Source: Negaprion brevirostris
Lineage: Eukaryota
Reading direction: 5' to 3'
Length of the DNA stretch: 64,000 bases
NCBI GenBank assembly: GCA_030324005.1
Contig: JARDVH010000157.1
Span: forward strand, 21,608,618 to 21,672,617
Position numbers and translations under genes: made by a program. Below the pieces are notes generated by a model. It saw nothing but the letters and a program-made list of their open reading frames with translations, did no database searches and had not been told where the DNA came from. Each line of letters starts with the position of its first letter. Positions within the stretch are counted from its first letter, which is position 1. Below are positions 11,715-22,692 of this stretch, one piece after another.

Positions 11715-12065
11715 GTGTCCAGGGCTTGAGAACAAAAATCCAGGCTGACGTTCTAGTGCAATACTGATGCAGTGCTGCATTGTCAGGGATGCCATCTTTT
11801 GGAGGGGACATTAAACCAAGGCCCCATCTGCCTGCTTGAGTGAAAGTAAAAGATCCCATGGCACTATTTTGAAAACTTGCTGTCTTTTAGCCAGTATTTA
11901 TCCCTGAATAACATCGCAGAAGTTAATTATTTGGTCATATCATATTGCTGTTTGTGAAAGTGCCTGTGCATAAACTGGCTGCTGCATTTCCTAGTATCTG
12001 TGCTTGAGAAAGTACCTTGTTGGTTACAAAGCACTTTGAAACATCCAGTAAGTTTGACTTTTTTT
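11715..12065 (+). mobile_element. Deu-domain SINE (SacSINE1/AmnSINE1-like)
   Basis: Contains ACATTAAACCAAGGCCCCATCTGCCTGCTTGAGTGAAAGTAAAAGATCCCATGGCACTATTTTGAA, typical of the Deu domain; several related copies occur in the window. Confidence 0.8.
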
Positions 12066-13224
12066 TGTAGGAGGAAATGGGTGCAAGAGTGTTAAGCTAA
12101 CTTCTGCACACATGCTGTTTGACTGATATTGCTATTTAATACCATAGCAGCATTATGGTTGAGACCACGTATAAAGTTGTGTGTAACCAGCTGTTCAGAT
12201 CTGTTGGCATGAGGCTGATGTAATTGGCCTCCTCTTGGTGAATCTGCTTATGTGGATGTAATGCTAGGAGCAAGCTCTTGCTCTGGCACTGTAAGTAGAA
12301 CATATTCTTAAATGATAACTGTTTGCATCCCGCTTTCCTTCCTTCTATCCAATGCTGTATACTACATTGGTGTGTAGGTATTATTTTAATTTTCCTTTGG
12401 ACTTATTACACATTAATTACTGTCCGAAAACCTAGGGGATTTAATGATTCAGACAGGATAGTGTATGTAGTAACTTAATTAAAAATACTGTGGGAACACA
12501 AAACAACTGAGGCAGACAGAACGTATTGTATGCTGCCATGAAACCTCAGGAGAAAGCCCAAGATTTGGTTTATTTCCTTTTTCTCTAATAGTGTGCTGTC
12601 TCCAGTTGTTAGTTGTCCTAGCATAACCACATTTAACATAGGGAAAATATTTTTCAAAGGCTTTTAACTGTCAGGAAACTACCTTGCACGAAGTGTAAAC
12701 CCTCTTTACTGGCTACAAATTTGTGTTATTGCCATGAATTGAATTAATCAGAGGTTCATCAGCAAAGATTTGGTATTGTGTGCTGCATATTGCAAGGAAT
12801 TTTCTTTTTGCCGTATTGTAGATTCTTATGTACGTTGTTCAGTATATATTTTAACCAGTTTCGGCATCTGAGATCCACACAGTTCAGCCTTCAGGCCACC
12901 TTTTGGAGCCTGTGGGCTGCAAACAATATGTGGTAAAAAGCTACCTTGTAGGAACTCTGTAGTTGCGTTAATCGATCAGTTAATAGTTGTATTGAAGGTT
13001 CCTGGCCTATGTATTTTTTTGCTGGATTACAAGATCCCAAACTGATGTTGAAAACAATTGGCAGTACCTCATGTTTCAATTTGCATTGTGACAATTCCAG
13101 TTTAAAACTTCTGGAACGTGTCTTGCAACTAAAGTGGTATAACCAGAAATGTTGCAAGCGTTTTGCTGTTTTGAGGAAGTTGCTGTGCAAGATTTTTTTT
13201 TGTGAAGCTTGAGCATACTGCTCT

Positions 13225-13750
13225 CCTGAAATGTCAAGGCTGATGTTCCAGACAGTAGTGAAGGAATGCTGCACTCTGAGGTGGTATCGTTCAGTTGAGA
13301 TTAAAAACTGAAGTGCTTTCAAGTGGACATAAAGGATCATCACTGTGCTATTTGGCCCTGGTGTTCTGACTAGTATTTATCCCTCAATCTACATAATTAA
13401 AATAGATGAATTGATTTACTCAATTGCTGTTTTGTGGGACTTGATGTACAAATTGACTGGTGCATTTCCAATTTATTACATCAGTGCTTTAATAGAATCA
13501 TAGAATCCCTACAGTGCAGTAGGAGACCATTCGGCTCATTGAGCCTGCACTGACAACAGTCCCACCCAGGCCCTATTCCCTTAACTCCACGTATTTATCC
13601 TGCTAGTCCCTCTGACGTTAAGGGGCAATTTAGCATGGCCAATAACCTGCACATATTTGGAGATGTTTAGTTTAAAAGCAATTAATTTAATGTAAAGTCC
13701 TTTGGGACACTCTGAGGGACTGAAAAATACTATGTGAATACATTTCCTTA
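13225..13750 (+). mobile_element. Deu-domain SINE interrupted by an HE1 fragment
   Basis: Diverged match to 11715-12065, split by a minus-strand HE1 3' half at 13493-13662. Confidence 0.7.
13493..13662 (-). mobile_element. HE1-type SINE 3' half
   Basis: TAGAATCATAGAATCCCTACAGTGCAGTAGGAGACCATTCGG...GGGGCAATTTAGCATGGCCAAT. Confidence 0.85.
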
Positions 13751-14187
13751 TTTCTATTGTGAATAGTTAAGCTTATGAAAAGCAGTTGGTTTGAATTTTG
13801 TGTTCATTGATCAGGAGATTGCTTGTGAAATGAAATTGAAAAAAATCGCTTTGCACATGCTGTCAATTTCTTGTTCTCCATGTTAATCTTTTGCTTGTTT
13901 CACTTTCTTTTCCCAATTTGATTTTGCTAGTGAAAAGTGTAAGGTTAGTGCTATTGAATCTTCATATGTGTAAGTGATTCCAGTAAGTTTAGTTAGGTAT
14001 CTGCATATTTGCAGTGAAGAGGGAAGCAGAAAGACAAGCAATGGTGAATGGTCAAAATCGAGACTTAACATGGTGAGGAAGTGGATCATGTTGTTGCCAC
14101 GAACTTTAAGGGAGGTGGAAAGCAAATCGATGGTTATCTTGAAAGGTTCTTGGTTTAGTAAGTTCTGGAAATTTTAAACACTAATTA

Positions 14188-14548
14188 GGAACAGGAGTAG
14201 GCCACTTAGCTTTGAGTCTTCTCTGTCATTTAATGGGATGGCTGATCTGATTGTAATCTCAACTTCATATTCCAATCTGTGACCCACCAACCCCCTCCCG
14301 GTAACTTTCATCCCCTTGCTTATCAAGAATCTATCTACCTCTGCCTTCAAATATTCAAAGACTCTGCTTCAACCACCTATTGATGAAGAGCATTCCAAAG
14401 ATTCAAAACCCCCTGAAAGAGAAAAAAAACTCATCTCTGTCCTAAATGGACAACCCCTAATTTTTAAACAGTAGCTTCCAGTACTAGATTTTCCCACAAG
14501 AGGCAACATCCTCTCCACATCCACCCTGTCAAGACCCCTCAGGATCTT
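14188..14548 (-). mobile_element. CR1-type LINE 3' tail
   Basis: GGAACAGGAGTAGGCCA...ATGGCTGATCTG...TCCACCCTGTCAAGACCCCTCAGGATCTT; same layout as the tails at 62-870 and 37295. Confidence 0.8.
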
Positions 14549-14980
14549 TTACCTGAGGAAATATGCTAATCAAGCTAGATTTTGATTTTAAATTATGGCA
14601 GTTTTTTTTTGGTGCAGCTGATATCTATTTTGTGTTTTCCATTGAGACTCTAGTCAAACTATATTTATTGGTCGGACCTGTGGTAGGGAATGAATGCATA
14701 AATAACATTGAATAAGTGCTGTACAAAATGCACAGTATATGTATTCCTGAGTTGTTTTGCTCCACAATTATGTGGAGGTTGTAAAGGTATTTATAGTCAG
14801 AAATGTAATTATTCCTAATGAATGTACTCAGCACACACAAAATGAAACTCTGGGGAAAAAGACTTGGCTTTTAATATTGGGTGTGCCATGATCATCTTTA
14901 CATTTTCTGGAAAATTTTCTGTAAGCCTTGTATGGTTAATTTTGGACTTGCCCTTTAGTCCTAACAATTCATCATGTATC

Positions 14981-15130
14981 AAACAGAAAATGCTGGAAAC
15001 ACACAGCAAGTCAGTGAGTGAGTTCACATTTTTAGATAAGTCAATTTTCAGGACGCAAATGCAATCGAATTATAAACTTGTATGTTATTTGAATGGATGC
15101 TGACTGACCTGTACGTTCCAGCATTTTTTT
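14981..15130. repeat. Short inverted-repeat element built from two opposed Penelope-type tails
   Basis: AAAATGCTGGAA (14987-14998) pairs perfectly with TTCCAGCATTTT (15116-15127). The arms resemble the tails at 16945-16985 and 21155-21195. Confidence 0.6.
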
Positions 15131-16176
15131 AATGGATATTTCTCTCATGTTAGCTGTGAAATTAAAGCCACGTCAACTTGAATTAATTCTCAGGAGCAAC
15201 TATCCATTTTATTGTGTAAAGATCTTGTTATGAATTGCACTTCAGTTTATTTTTCTTTTTAATTCTTTGTCACTGCAGTACAAATGTTAAAGTCTTTCAG
15301 CCAGCATTTTATTGTGGGTTACTGATGCCTAGTCTTTTGTGAAAATAATTATCACAAATGTTCCGCAGCTTTAACATTTGTCTTACTGACTTTTCAATTT
15401 GCAGTAAGTCTTGAACTTCCTCTTGGAATTCATGCTTGGTAATGCAGCTGATTTTTAAGTTGGTTGATAAAATCTTGTGAATATGCAATTTCTTCAATGA
15501 TCTGCAAACTCCACAGGAAGTGCTTGAGCTTCTATGCTTTGGTTGTCAACTGCAGATATGCAATTTCCTCTTAAGTTGAGGAGTGTTAACAAAATGGTTG
15601 TCTTTAGTGGCAGCATTTCTTGGATCCATAACTGGGTTGTTGGCACCCCTTTTCAGACAACTGTCATGTTAGTTGGGGCTTGATTTGTTGTGACTGGAGA
15701 AGCTGCAGCGATTGCTAATTGAAGATCTGCCTGCTTAGGTAGTTTTTTGAGAAAATGCTTTAGCTCTAGGTAAGAGGAAATATTCTGCCAGTGGTAGTAT
15801 GCTGATTTGGGATTGCACATCACCAAGACATGCATGCTGATCCCATCCCAGAGGTTTGGTTTAATCGGAGGTAACTAAAATATTGTGGTTTCCAGAGTGG
15901 AGCCAGCAATATATGATGTCATTTACCTGGCGACTGCTTCGTTTTGAATACTTATGAAATATGCAGTGTGACTGTCATGTACTCATGAAACATTTGTAAA
16001 ATTTGATGGATTTTAAGAAATGTATTGAAGAATGCAATATCTACATAATACCGTATGATGTTGCAAATAATGTGTACAGCTCCAGCAATTCAAACTAGTA
16101 AGAGTAAAGAAGGTAAGCTGATTTAAAATTTTAGTTTTGAAAACTTCTAAAAAATATATATAGGATAAGAATATTT

Positions 16177-16495
16177 CCAGGGATTCGGGTTCCGTTCTAG
16201 CCTTGGATGACTGTCTGTATGAGGTTTTTACGTTCTCCCCAGGTCTGTGTGGGTTTCTTCTGGGTGCTCCAGTTTCCTCCCACAGTTCAAAGATGTGCAG
16301 GTTAGGTGGATTGGCCATACTAAATTGCTCCATAATGTCTAAGGATGTGTAGATTGGGTGGATTAGCCATGGAAAATGTGTGGCTTCCAGTGATAGGGTG
16401 GAGGGAAGGAGCTGGTTGGAATGCTTTTTCAGAGAATTGATGTAGACCCAATGGGCTGAATGGCCCTCCTTCTTCACTGTAGGGATTCTATGGTT
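16177..16495 (+). mobile_element. HE1-type V-SINE (5' truncated)
   Basis: CCAGGGATTCGGGTTCCGTTC, the V-domain core and a CTGTAGGGATTCTATGG tail. Confidence 0.88.
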
Positions 16496-16599
16496 TTATT
16501 TGCTTTTGGGTGCAATTGGTAGTCTGCACATACATTTTGAGACTTCAGTTTACCTTGAGTTTCTGCTCAAACTGGTTTCTTGGTAAAGTTTGCTTCATA

Positions 16600-17487
16600 C
16601 ATTTGGTAAGCTATCTACCATCTACAAGGCACAAGTCAGGAGTGTGGTGGAATTTTAAAATCTTGCTTACCATCACCCTCATCCCCCACTCCACTAAGGC
16701 TACCAGTTACATGTCATAGGTTATCTTTTGACACTGCTTAGCTTTGCTCTGCCATTTACACATTCTGATCTCTCAATGGGCTGCTATTAGCACCCTTCTT
16801 TGCCATGTTCGCCACTGTTTACATTCCTGTTGTCTTTTTGTCTGGCATCTTTATCAATTCCTACCCCTCTCACATTAACAATATAAATATCACCCTACTT
16901 TCTACTGCCTTCAGTTCTGACGAAGGGTCACCCAGACTCAGATACTGTCAGACCTGCTGTGATTTTTCCAGCATTTTCTGTTTCAGATTGCAGTGTCCGC
17001 TTTTGTGTCAGTGTAATGGAATACCCTTCACCTGCCCGGAGAGTGCAGTTCTAACAACACTGAAGCAGTCTGACACCACCAGGACAAAGTTGTATGATTA
17101 GCAGCTCTTGCATAAACTGTCACTGTCTCCATTCTGGTGCACAGTGGCAGCAGTGTGTACCATCTATATGATGCACACAGGAAACTCACTAAGGCTCCTT
17201 AGACAATACCTCCCTAAGCCTCAACCATTTAGAAGGTCAGTAGATACAATGGAATACTGCCGTCTGGAAATTCCCCTCTAAGCCATTCACCATCAAGATT
17301 TGGGAAAATATTATCATTCCTTCATTGTTACTGGATGAAAATCCTGGAACTCCCTCCCTAACAGCACTGTGGATTTACCTACAGCATGTGGAGTGTTTCG
17401 AGAAGACAGCTCATCACCACCTTCTCGAGGGCAGTTAGGGTTGGGCAATAAATGCTGGCCTAGTCAGTGATGCCCACGTTGTATGGA
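16600..17487 (+). mobile_element. L2/CR1-group LINE 3' fragment split by a Penelope-derived insert
   Basis: CTACCATCTACAAGGCACAAGTCAGGAGTGTG (TIYKAQVRSV) resumes at ~17010 and ends in GGGCAATAAATGCTGGCC; homologous to 22090-22690 and 26200-26740. Confidence 0.75.
16654..17009 (+). mobile_element. Penelope-derived non-coding insert with a partial hammerhead motif
   Basis: Flanked by imperfect 13-bp direct repeats (16641-16653 and 17010-17022). Contains CTGACGAAGGGTCACCCAGACTC and the GACCTGCTG...TCCAGCATTTTCTG tail. Confidence 0.65.
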
Positions 17488-17517
17488 TTACCAATGCAAA
17501 ATCTGAAAGTGGGTTTG

Positions 17518-18130
17518 GTAAGAAGTCTCACAACAGCAGGTTAGAGTGTAACAGGTTTATATAGAATCATGAGTTTTTGGAGTGCTGCTCCTTAATCAGG
17601 TGAGTGGAGATGTAGGTTCATAAACATGGCATATATGGGCAAAGACACAATTGCAAGATAATATTTGGAATGCAAGTCTTTCCAGGTACACACAATGAGT
17701 GCAAAGAGGGATAATTGTAGGTTAGAGGTGTGAATTGTCTCAAGCCAGGACAGTTAGTAGGATTTTGCAAGCCCAGGCCAAATGGTGGGGATTATAAGTA
17801 GTGTGACAGAACCCAAGTCCCAGTTGAGGCCATCCTCATGCATGTGGAACTTGGCTGTCGATTTCTGCTCAGCGATTCTGCATTGTCGTGTGTCTTGAAG
17901 GCCACCTTGGAGAATGCTTACCTGAAGATCGGAGACTGAATGTCCTTGACTGCTGAAGTGTTCCCTGACTGAAGGGAATACTCCTGCCTGGTGATTGTCG
18001 CGCAATGTCCATTCACCTGTTGTTGTGGCGTCTGCATGGTTTCGCCAATGTATCATGCCTCGGGACATCCTTTCCGGCAGCATATGAGGTAGACAATGTT
18101 GGCTGAGTCGCAAGAATACGTACCATGTTC
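17518..18130 (-). mobile_element. Penelope-like element (probably Neptune-type) 3' fragment with a decayed GIY-YIG endonuclease
   Basis: The minus strand translates to YSCDSANIVYLICCRKGCPEA*YIGETMQT...NGH, then after a frameshift to VREHFSSQGHSVSDLQVSILQGGLQDTRQCRIAEQK...DGLN. This is the VY/YIG motif with CCHH residues, followed by a terminal region containing a hammerhead relic. Confidence 0.9.
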
Positions 18131-19429
18131 AAACATTAACAAGGAAACAAAAAATTACTCCTTTCCACCCGGTACAATGATGTGAATAGTGGTTCCCTAG
18201 GCACAGGACTCAATGAAACTCTACTGCAAAATAGATGGCTGCATCCGTGTTTTTAACCGTTCTGTATTTCAGTGGGCTCCATTCTTCATATTTAGTTGGT
18301 AACAGTCTAATAATTTCAGGCAATGTATATGATAAATTTCAATTGAAATTAATGTGATCTTTGAGCAGTTAGAATTTTGGCTGATCTGGGTGCTGGTATT
18401 CTATCTGGAATCTAGCATTGTGGGATGTTTTTACTCAATTTTTAAAAATATAACATTGCCTAAATGTTAAGCTATTCAAAGAGCAAGGTTTAAAAATGCA
18501 TATAGGAGTTGTTCTCTCTCTGAGGATAGGTACACTGCTTGATTTGGTACCAAGCTTTATAGATAAGGATGGCATAAATTCAAGTCTTCATTTGCACTGG
18601 AGGGATGGTGTTAGGCAGGATTAAAGGCCATTTCTGTATTATTACACCCAATATGTCACAAAGCTATGTGCGTTTTTTTCCACCTGTGGTGAAGTCAGCC
18701 TGTTGATGTGATATCAGTATTTCATAACAGGCTTAAAGATATTACCATACTGCATTTGTGGGACACATGCTCTGGAATCATACCAGATTCATGTACTTTC
18801 CAGGGACCTCTTTANNNNNNNNNNNNNNNNCTTTATGATAGCTTCTGATTCCTTAGAATTTGTGTTTGAACAGGGGAGCTGTGACAATTTGATTTAATTT
18901 TTAAAAAAATTAGTCTGGCTAAGAAAACGCATCAATCAGTTGGAGCCCTTCATGCTTTCACTCCAAAATATTTGAACTGGTGAGAAGGTTAGTATGATTT
19001 AATTCCTCATTTAACTTAGATTTTTAATTTCTGCCAACTTCATAAATTCTGTATAGTTGCAATGTTTGTGTAAAAGATAGCTTGTGAAATTGAGGTCACA
19101 GATGTATCAATCTTTTACATAGATTTGGTTTCACTACTGGTAGGAAGAATAGCTGTAGATTTTTTTGTTACCTGCCCCAAACCTCCTCAAAGGAATGCTA
19201 GTCTCAGTAAGAAGCAAGAAAAACACTTCATTACTCAAGTTTCACATCTATTATAATTCCTCCACTCTGACAGTTTATTATTAAATGCAGTATGCTGTGT
19301 GAAGCAAGAATGGATTTGGCCTCACCTGTAGAATATTTGCAGCCCTATTCCAGGAGACCCAGTTATCCAAGGGGCTGCTAAAATATATCTCTGATCTTTC
19401 ATCAGGTAATTAGACTGTCAGAATTGGGC

Positions 19430-20340
19430 AGGTGTTAACTTGCATTTATAAAACGCCTTCTGTGTAGTAGAAATCCTTGAGGCCCTTAACAGGAGTGTTC
19501 TATCTGACATTGGGCTGCATGAGGAGGNNNNNNNNNNNNNNNNNNNNNNNNNNNGAGAGAGGTTTTCAGGAGCATTTTAAAGGAGGAAATCGATTTGGAG
19601 AGATGGTGAGGTTTATGGATGGAATTCCAGAGTTTAGGACTGAGACAGCTAAAAGTACGGCCATAAAGGTGGTGTCAAGGGAATGTTAGAGAACCACACA
19701 AAGATGGAAGTGGAGGAACGTAGACTTCAGTGACGATTGTAACCATAGAATCCTATAGTGCAGAAGGAGGCCTTTCGGTCCATCGAACCCGCACTGCCTA
19801 CAATCCTACCCAAGCCCTATCCCCATAATCCCAGGCATCTACCTTGGCTAGTCCCCCTGACATTAAGGAGCAATTTAGCATGGCCAATCGACCTAACCCG
19901 CACATCTTTGGATTGTGGGAGGAAAACGGAGCCCCCAGAGCAAACTCACACAGACACAAAGAGAATATGCAAACTCCACACAGACAGTGACCCAAGTCCT
20001 AGCTGCTGTGAGGCAGCATTGTGCCACCGTTCCACCCACGTAATGCTGGAGGAGGTTATACAGTTGAGAAGGGTGAGGGCATAGAGCCATTTGGGCATTA
20101 GAATGAGAATTTTAAATTTGAGGAGTTGGTGGATTGGGAGCCAATCTTTGTTGCAAATCACATGATGGCTGAACAGGACCTTTACAGGTTGGGATGCGTT
20201 AGCAAAACTTTGGATGAACTCAAGATTTATGTAGCTGGGGAGCCAGCAAGGAAAGCAAGCGGGTGGTATTGAGATAAAATCTTGAATGAGGGTTTCAACA
20301 GCGGATAGACTCAGGAAAGATTGGAAATGGGTGTTATGAT
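19430..20340 (-). mobile_element. Old L2-like LINE tail region with a nested HE1 SINE
   Basis: Purine-rich + strand (GAGAGAGGTTTTCAGGAGCATTTTAAAGGAGG, GAATGAGAATTTTAAATTTGAGG) typical of reverse-oriented L2 3' ends; highly diverged. Confidence 0.5.
19744..20037 (-). mobile_element. HE1-type V-SINE
   Basis: Near full-length match to the other HE1 copies. Confidence 0.9.
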
Positions 20341-21151
20341 ATTGTAAACTTGTTCAGCAAGTGAATATCTTGGGTTGCTTCTTCTCAGTTTACTTCATTC
20401 CCCCTCCAGGTTGTGCTGCTTATATTGTGGTACAATTTCATAACTGAAGTGACCCTTGCTCTTTTATCAAAGTGGCCTATCTTTGACCTTGAGTATTGTG
20501 TTAGGTTCTGGAGATGTTGTAATATTGAGGAAGAAGGGTCCATAATTTTGTGTGGACTTTACAGCAGCAGTCAGTGGTGAACCCACTCTTAATCAAGATC
20601 CTTTTTGGTCAAGAGTCCCAACAGGTGTAAATCTTTGCCTTTGAAGGGTGCAGTTGTTTAGGGATAATGTTTCCACATCAGAGCTATACGAACAAGGATG
20701 GTCCAGTTTCACTGTGCAATCTTACTAAATTAGTAAATCTCAGTTTGGGTAGAAGCAGAAGTAATATTGTTGGCAGCAACAATTATTCTTGTCTGCCTGT
20801 TTAGTGTGTGTTTGTATTATGTTATATGTGTGCAGATGTGATGTCACAGGGATGTAATTTTAGATTTGTCTGGTCACAAATAATGGAAATATCGGATCCC
20901 AGTCTATTTAATTATCATATGTATCTGCATCCTTTGAAGGATTACAGACGAGAGCGTTACCAGGTCAGTTTACTTCTGGACGAGACGTTCTTCATTCCAG
21001 CATTGATAGCAGTCGTCTTCCATTCCACGTTCTTTTCTAGATGTTCATGGCTCTAATTCTGGTTGTGTGCATCTGATTTGGCCTCTGGGTTATGGTTCTA
21101 ATAATATAATTGCTATGCTACCATTTTCTTGTAAAGAAGGTAATGAGCATT

Positions 21152-21252
21152 ACAGAAACACAAAATACTGGAGATCTCAGCAGGTCTGACAGCACCTGTC
21201 GGGAGAGAATAGAGCTAATGTTTTGAGCCTGGATGACTCTTCATCAGAGCTC
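21152..21252 (-). mobile_element. Penelope-type terminal fragment with a minimal hammerhead ribozyme relic
   Basis: Reverse complement: GAGCT-CTGATGA-AGAGTCATCCAGGCTC-AAAACATT-AGCTC-TATTCTCTCCCGACAGGTGCTGTCAGACCTGCTGAGATCTCCAGTATTTTG. Confidence 0.75.
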
Positions 21253-22089
21253 GTAACAAGTATGCAGATAGGTTTGAATTCTTAGCTTGTGCTGATCTTG
21301 TTCTCAGCCATGGCAGCAATTACAATATTAGAACTTGCTGCAGCATGTTTGGGTTAGGGTTTAGCTCCACTTGGATGGCATATTGCATAGAAATGTCAGG
21401 AGTAGCTGACCTTCAGAAAAATAAATGGGAAGATGAGAAAACTTCATCAAAGGAAGAGAAAGGAAAAAGCAAGTAACCAGCAATTTGTTGTTTTAGGGCA
21501 GGGCAGAAAATAATTGTGTAAAAGAGTGAGTTGTTGTTGCTTAATGCAAATGTAAATAGCAGTTTTGTTGCTATCGTTTTTCACCAATGAGAATTCTGAA
21601 AATCCTGCAACAGGGCAGTAGACATAAAACTATACTCAACAAACATCAAGAAATTCAAAGTTCATTCTTTATCATCTTGTTCTTAAAGTGCAGCTAGTTA
21701 CCATTCAAAAACTACACCTGGACTTTTCAAGTAATGCAGTAAAAACAATGCAGGAGGGAGATGAAAATCTGCGCATGAAAAAGAGAGATTATGGTAATAG
21801 CAGTGAAACCACATGTGAGGTAATGAGCTGCACAATGTGAACTATATACAGTTAAACTGAGAGCTGAAGCAATGTTCCCTCTCAGAATGTATAGCAACTG
21901 AGAAGTTCCCCCATAAGCCATATAAAGATGGAACCCTTTAAGTCACTACCATGTGCAGCTATACAGATATATAAAGGGGCTATACATTTAAACAAATTGC
22001 CCACATACTCCCTAGAAAAATTAGAGGGCCATTGGTTGCTCGTACATGATTTATTCAGCTGGCACTGGAATGATAGGTTGACTGACCTC

Positions 22090-22692
22090 ATTGGCTATAC
22101 ATTTTCTTTGTTAGCTAGACCAGCCACACGCACAATATGGTAACAGCAGCCCAGAAGCTGGGTATTTTGCAGTGATTGGCTTGCTTCCTGTTTCTCCAGA
22201 GCTTTTTACAAGACCAAAGTCAGCANNNNNNNNNNNNNNNNNNNNNNNNNNNNNNNNNNNNNNNNNNNNNNNNNNNNNNNNNNNNNNNNNNNNNNNNNNN
22301 NNNNNNNNNNNNNNNNNNNNNNNNNNNNNNNNNNNNNNNNNNNNNNNNNNNNNNCTTCACCGACATCACTGCATTGTGTGCCATCTATAATATGCACTGC
22401 AGCAACTTGCAAGGCTTTTTTGACATCAAAACCCAAGCCTTTACAGTCTAGAATGACACGAGCAGGAGGAATGTAGTAACACCACCACTTGGAATTTGCC
22501 CTCTCAGTCTCTCACTATCCTGACTTGAAAATATGTTGTTGTTGGGATCAAGTTCCTGGAAATCGCTCCCTTGCAGCACTGAGAGTACATTCGCCCTAGA
22601 AACTGCACTGGTTCATGAAGGTGGCTTACCACCGCCTCCACAAGGGAATTAGTGATGCACAATAGCAACACCCACATTCTGGGAATGAATAA
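22090..22692 (+). mobile_element. L2/CR1-group LINE 3' fragment (gapped)
   Basis: Homologous to 16600-17487; ends CCCACATTCTGGGAATGAATAA. Confidence 0.7.
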
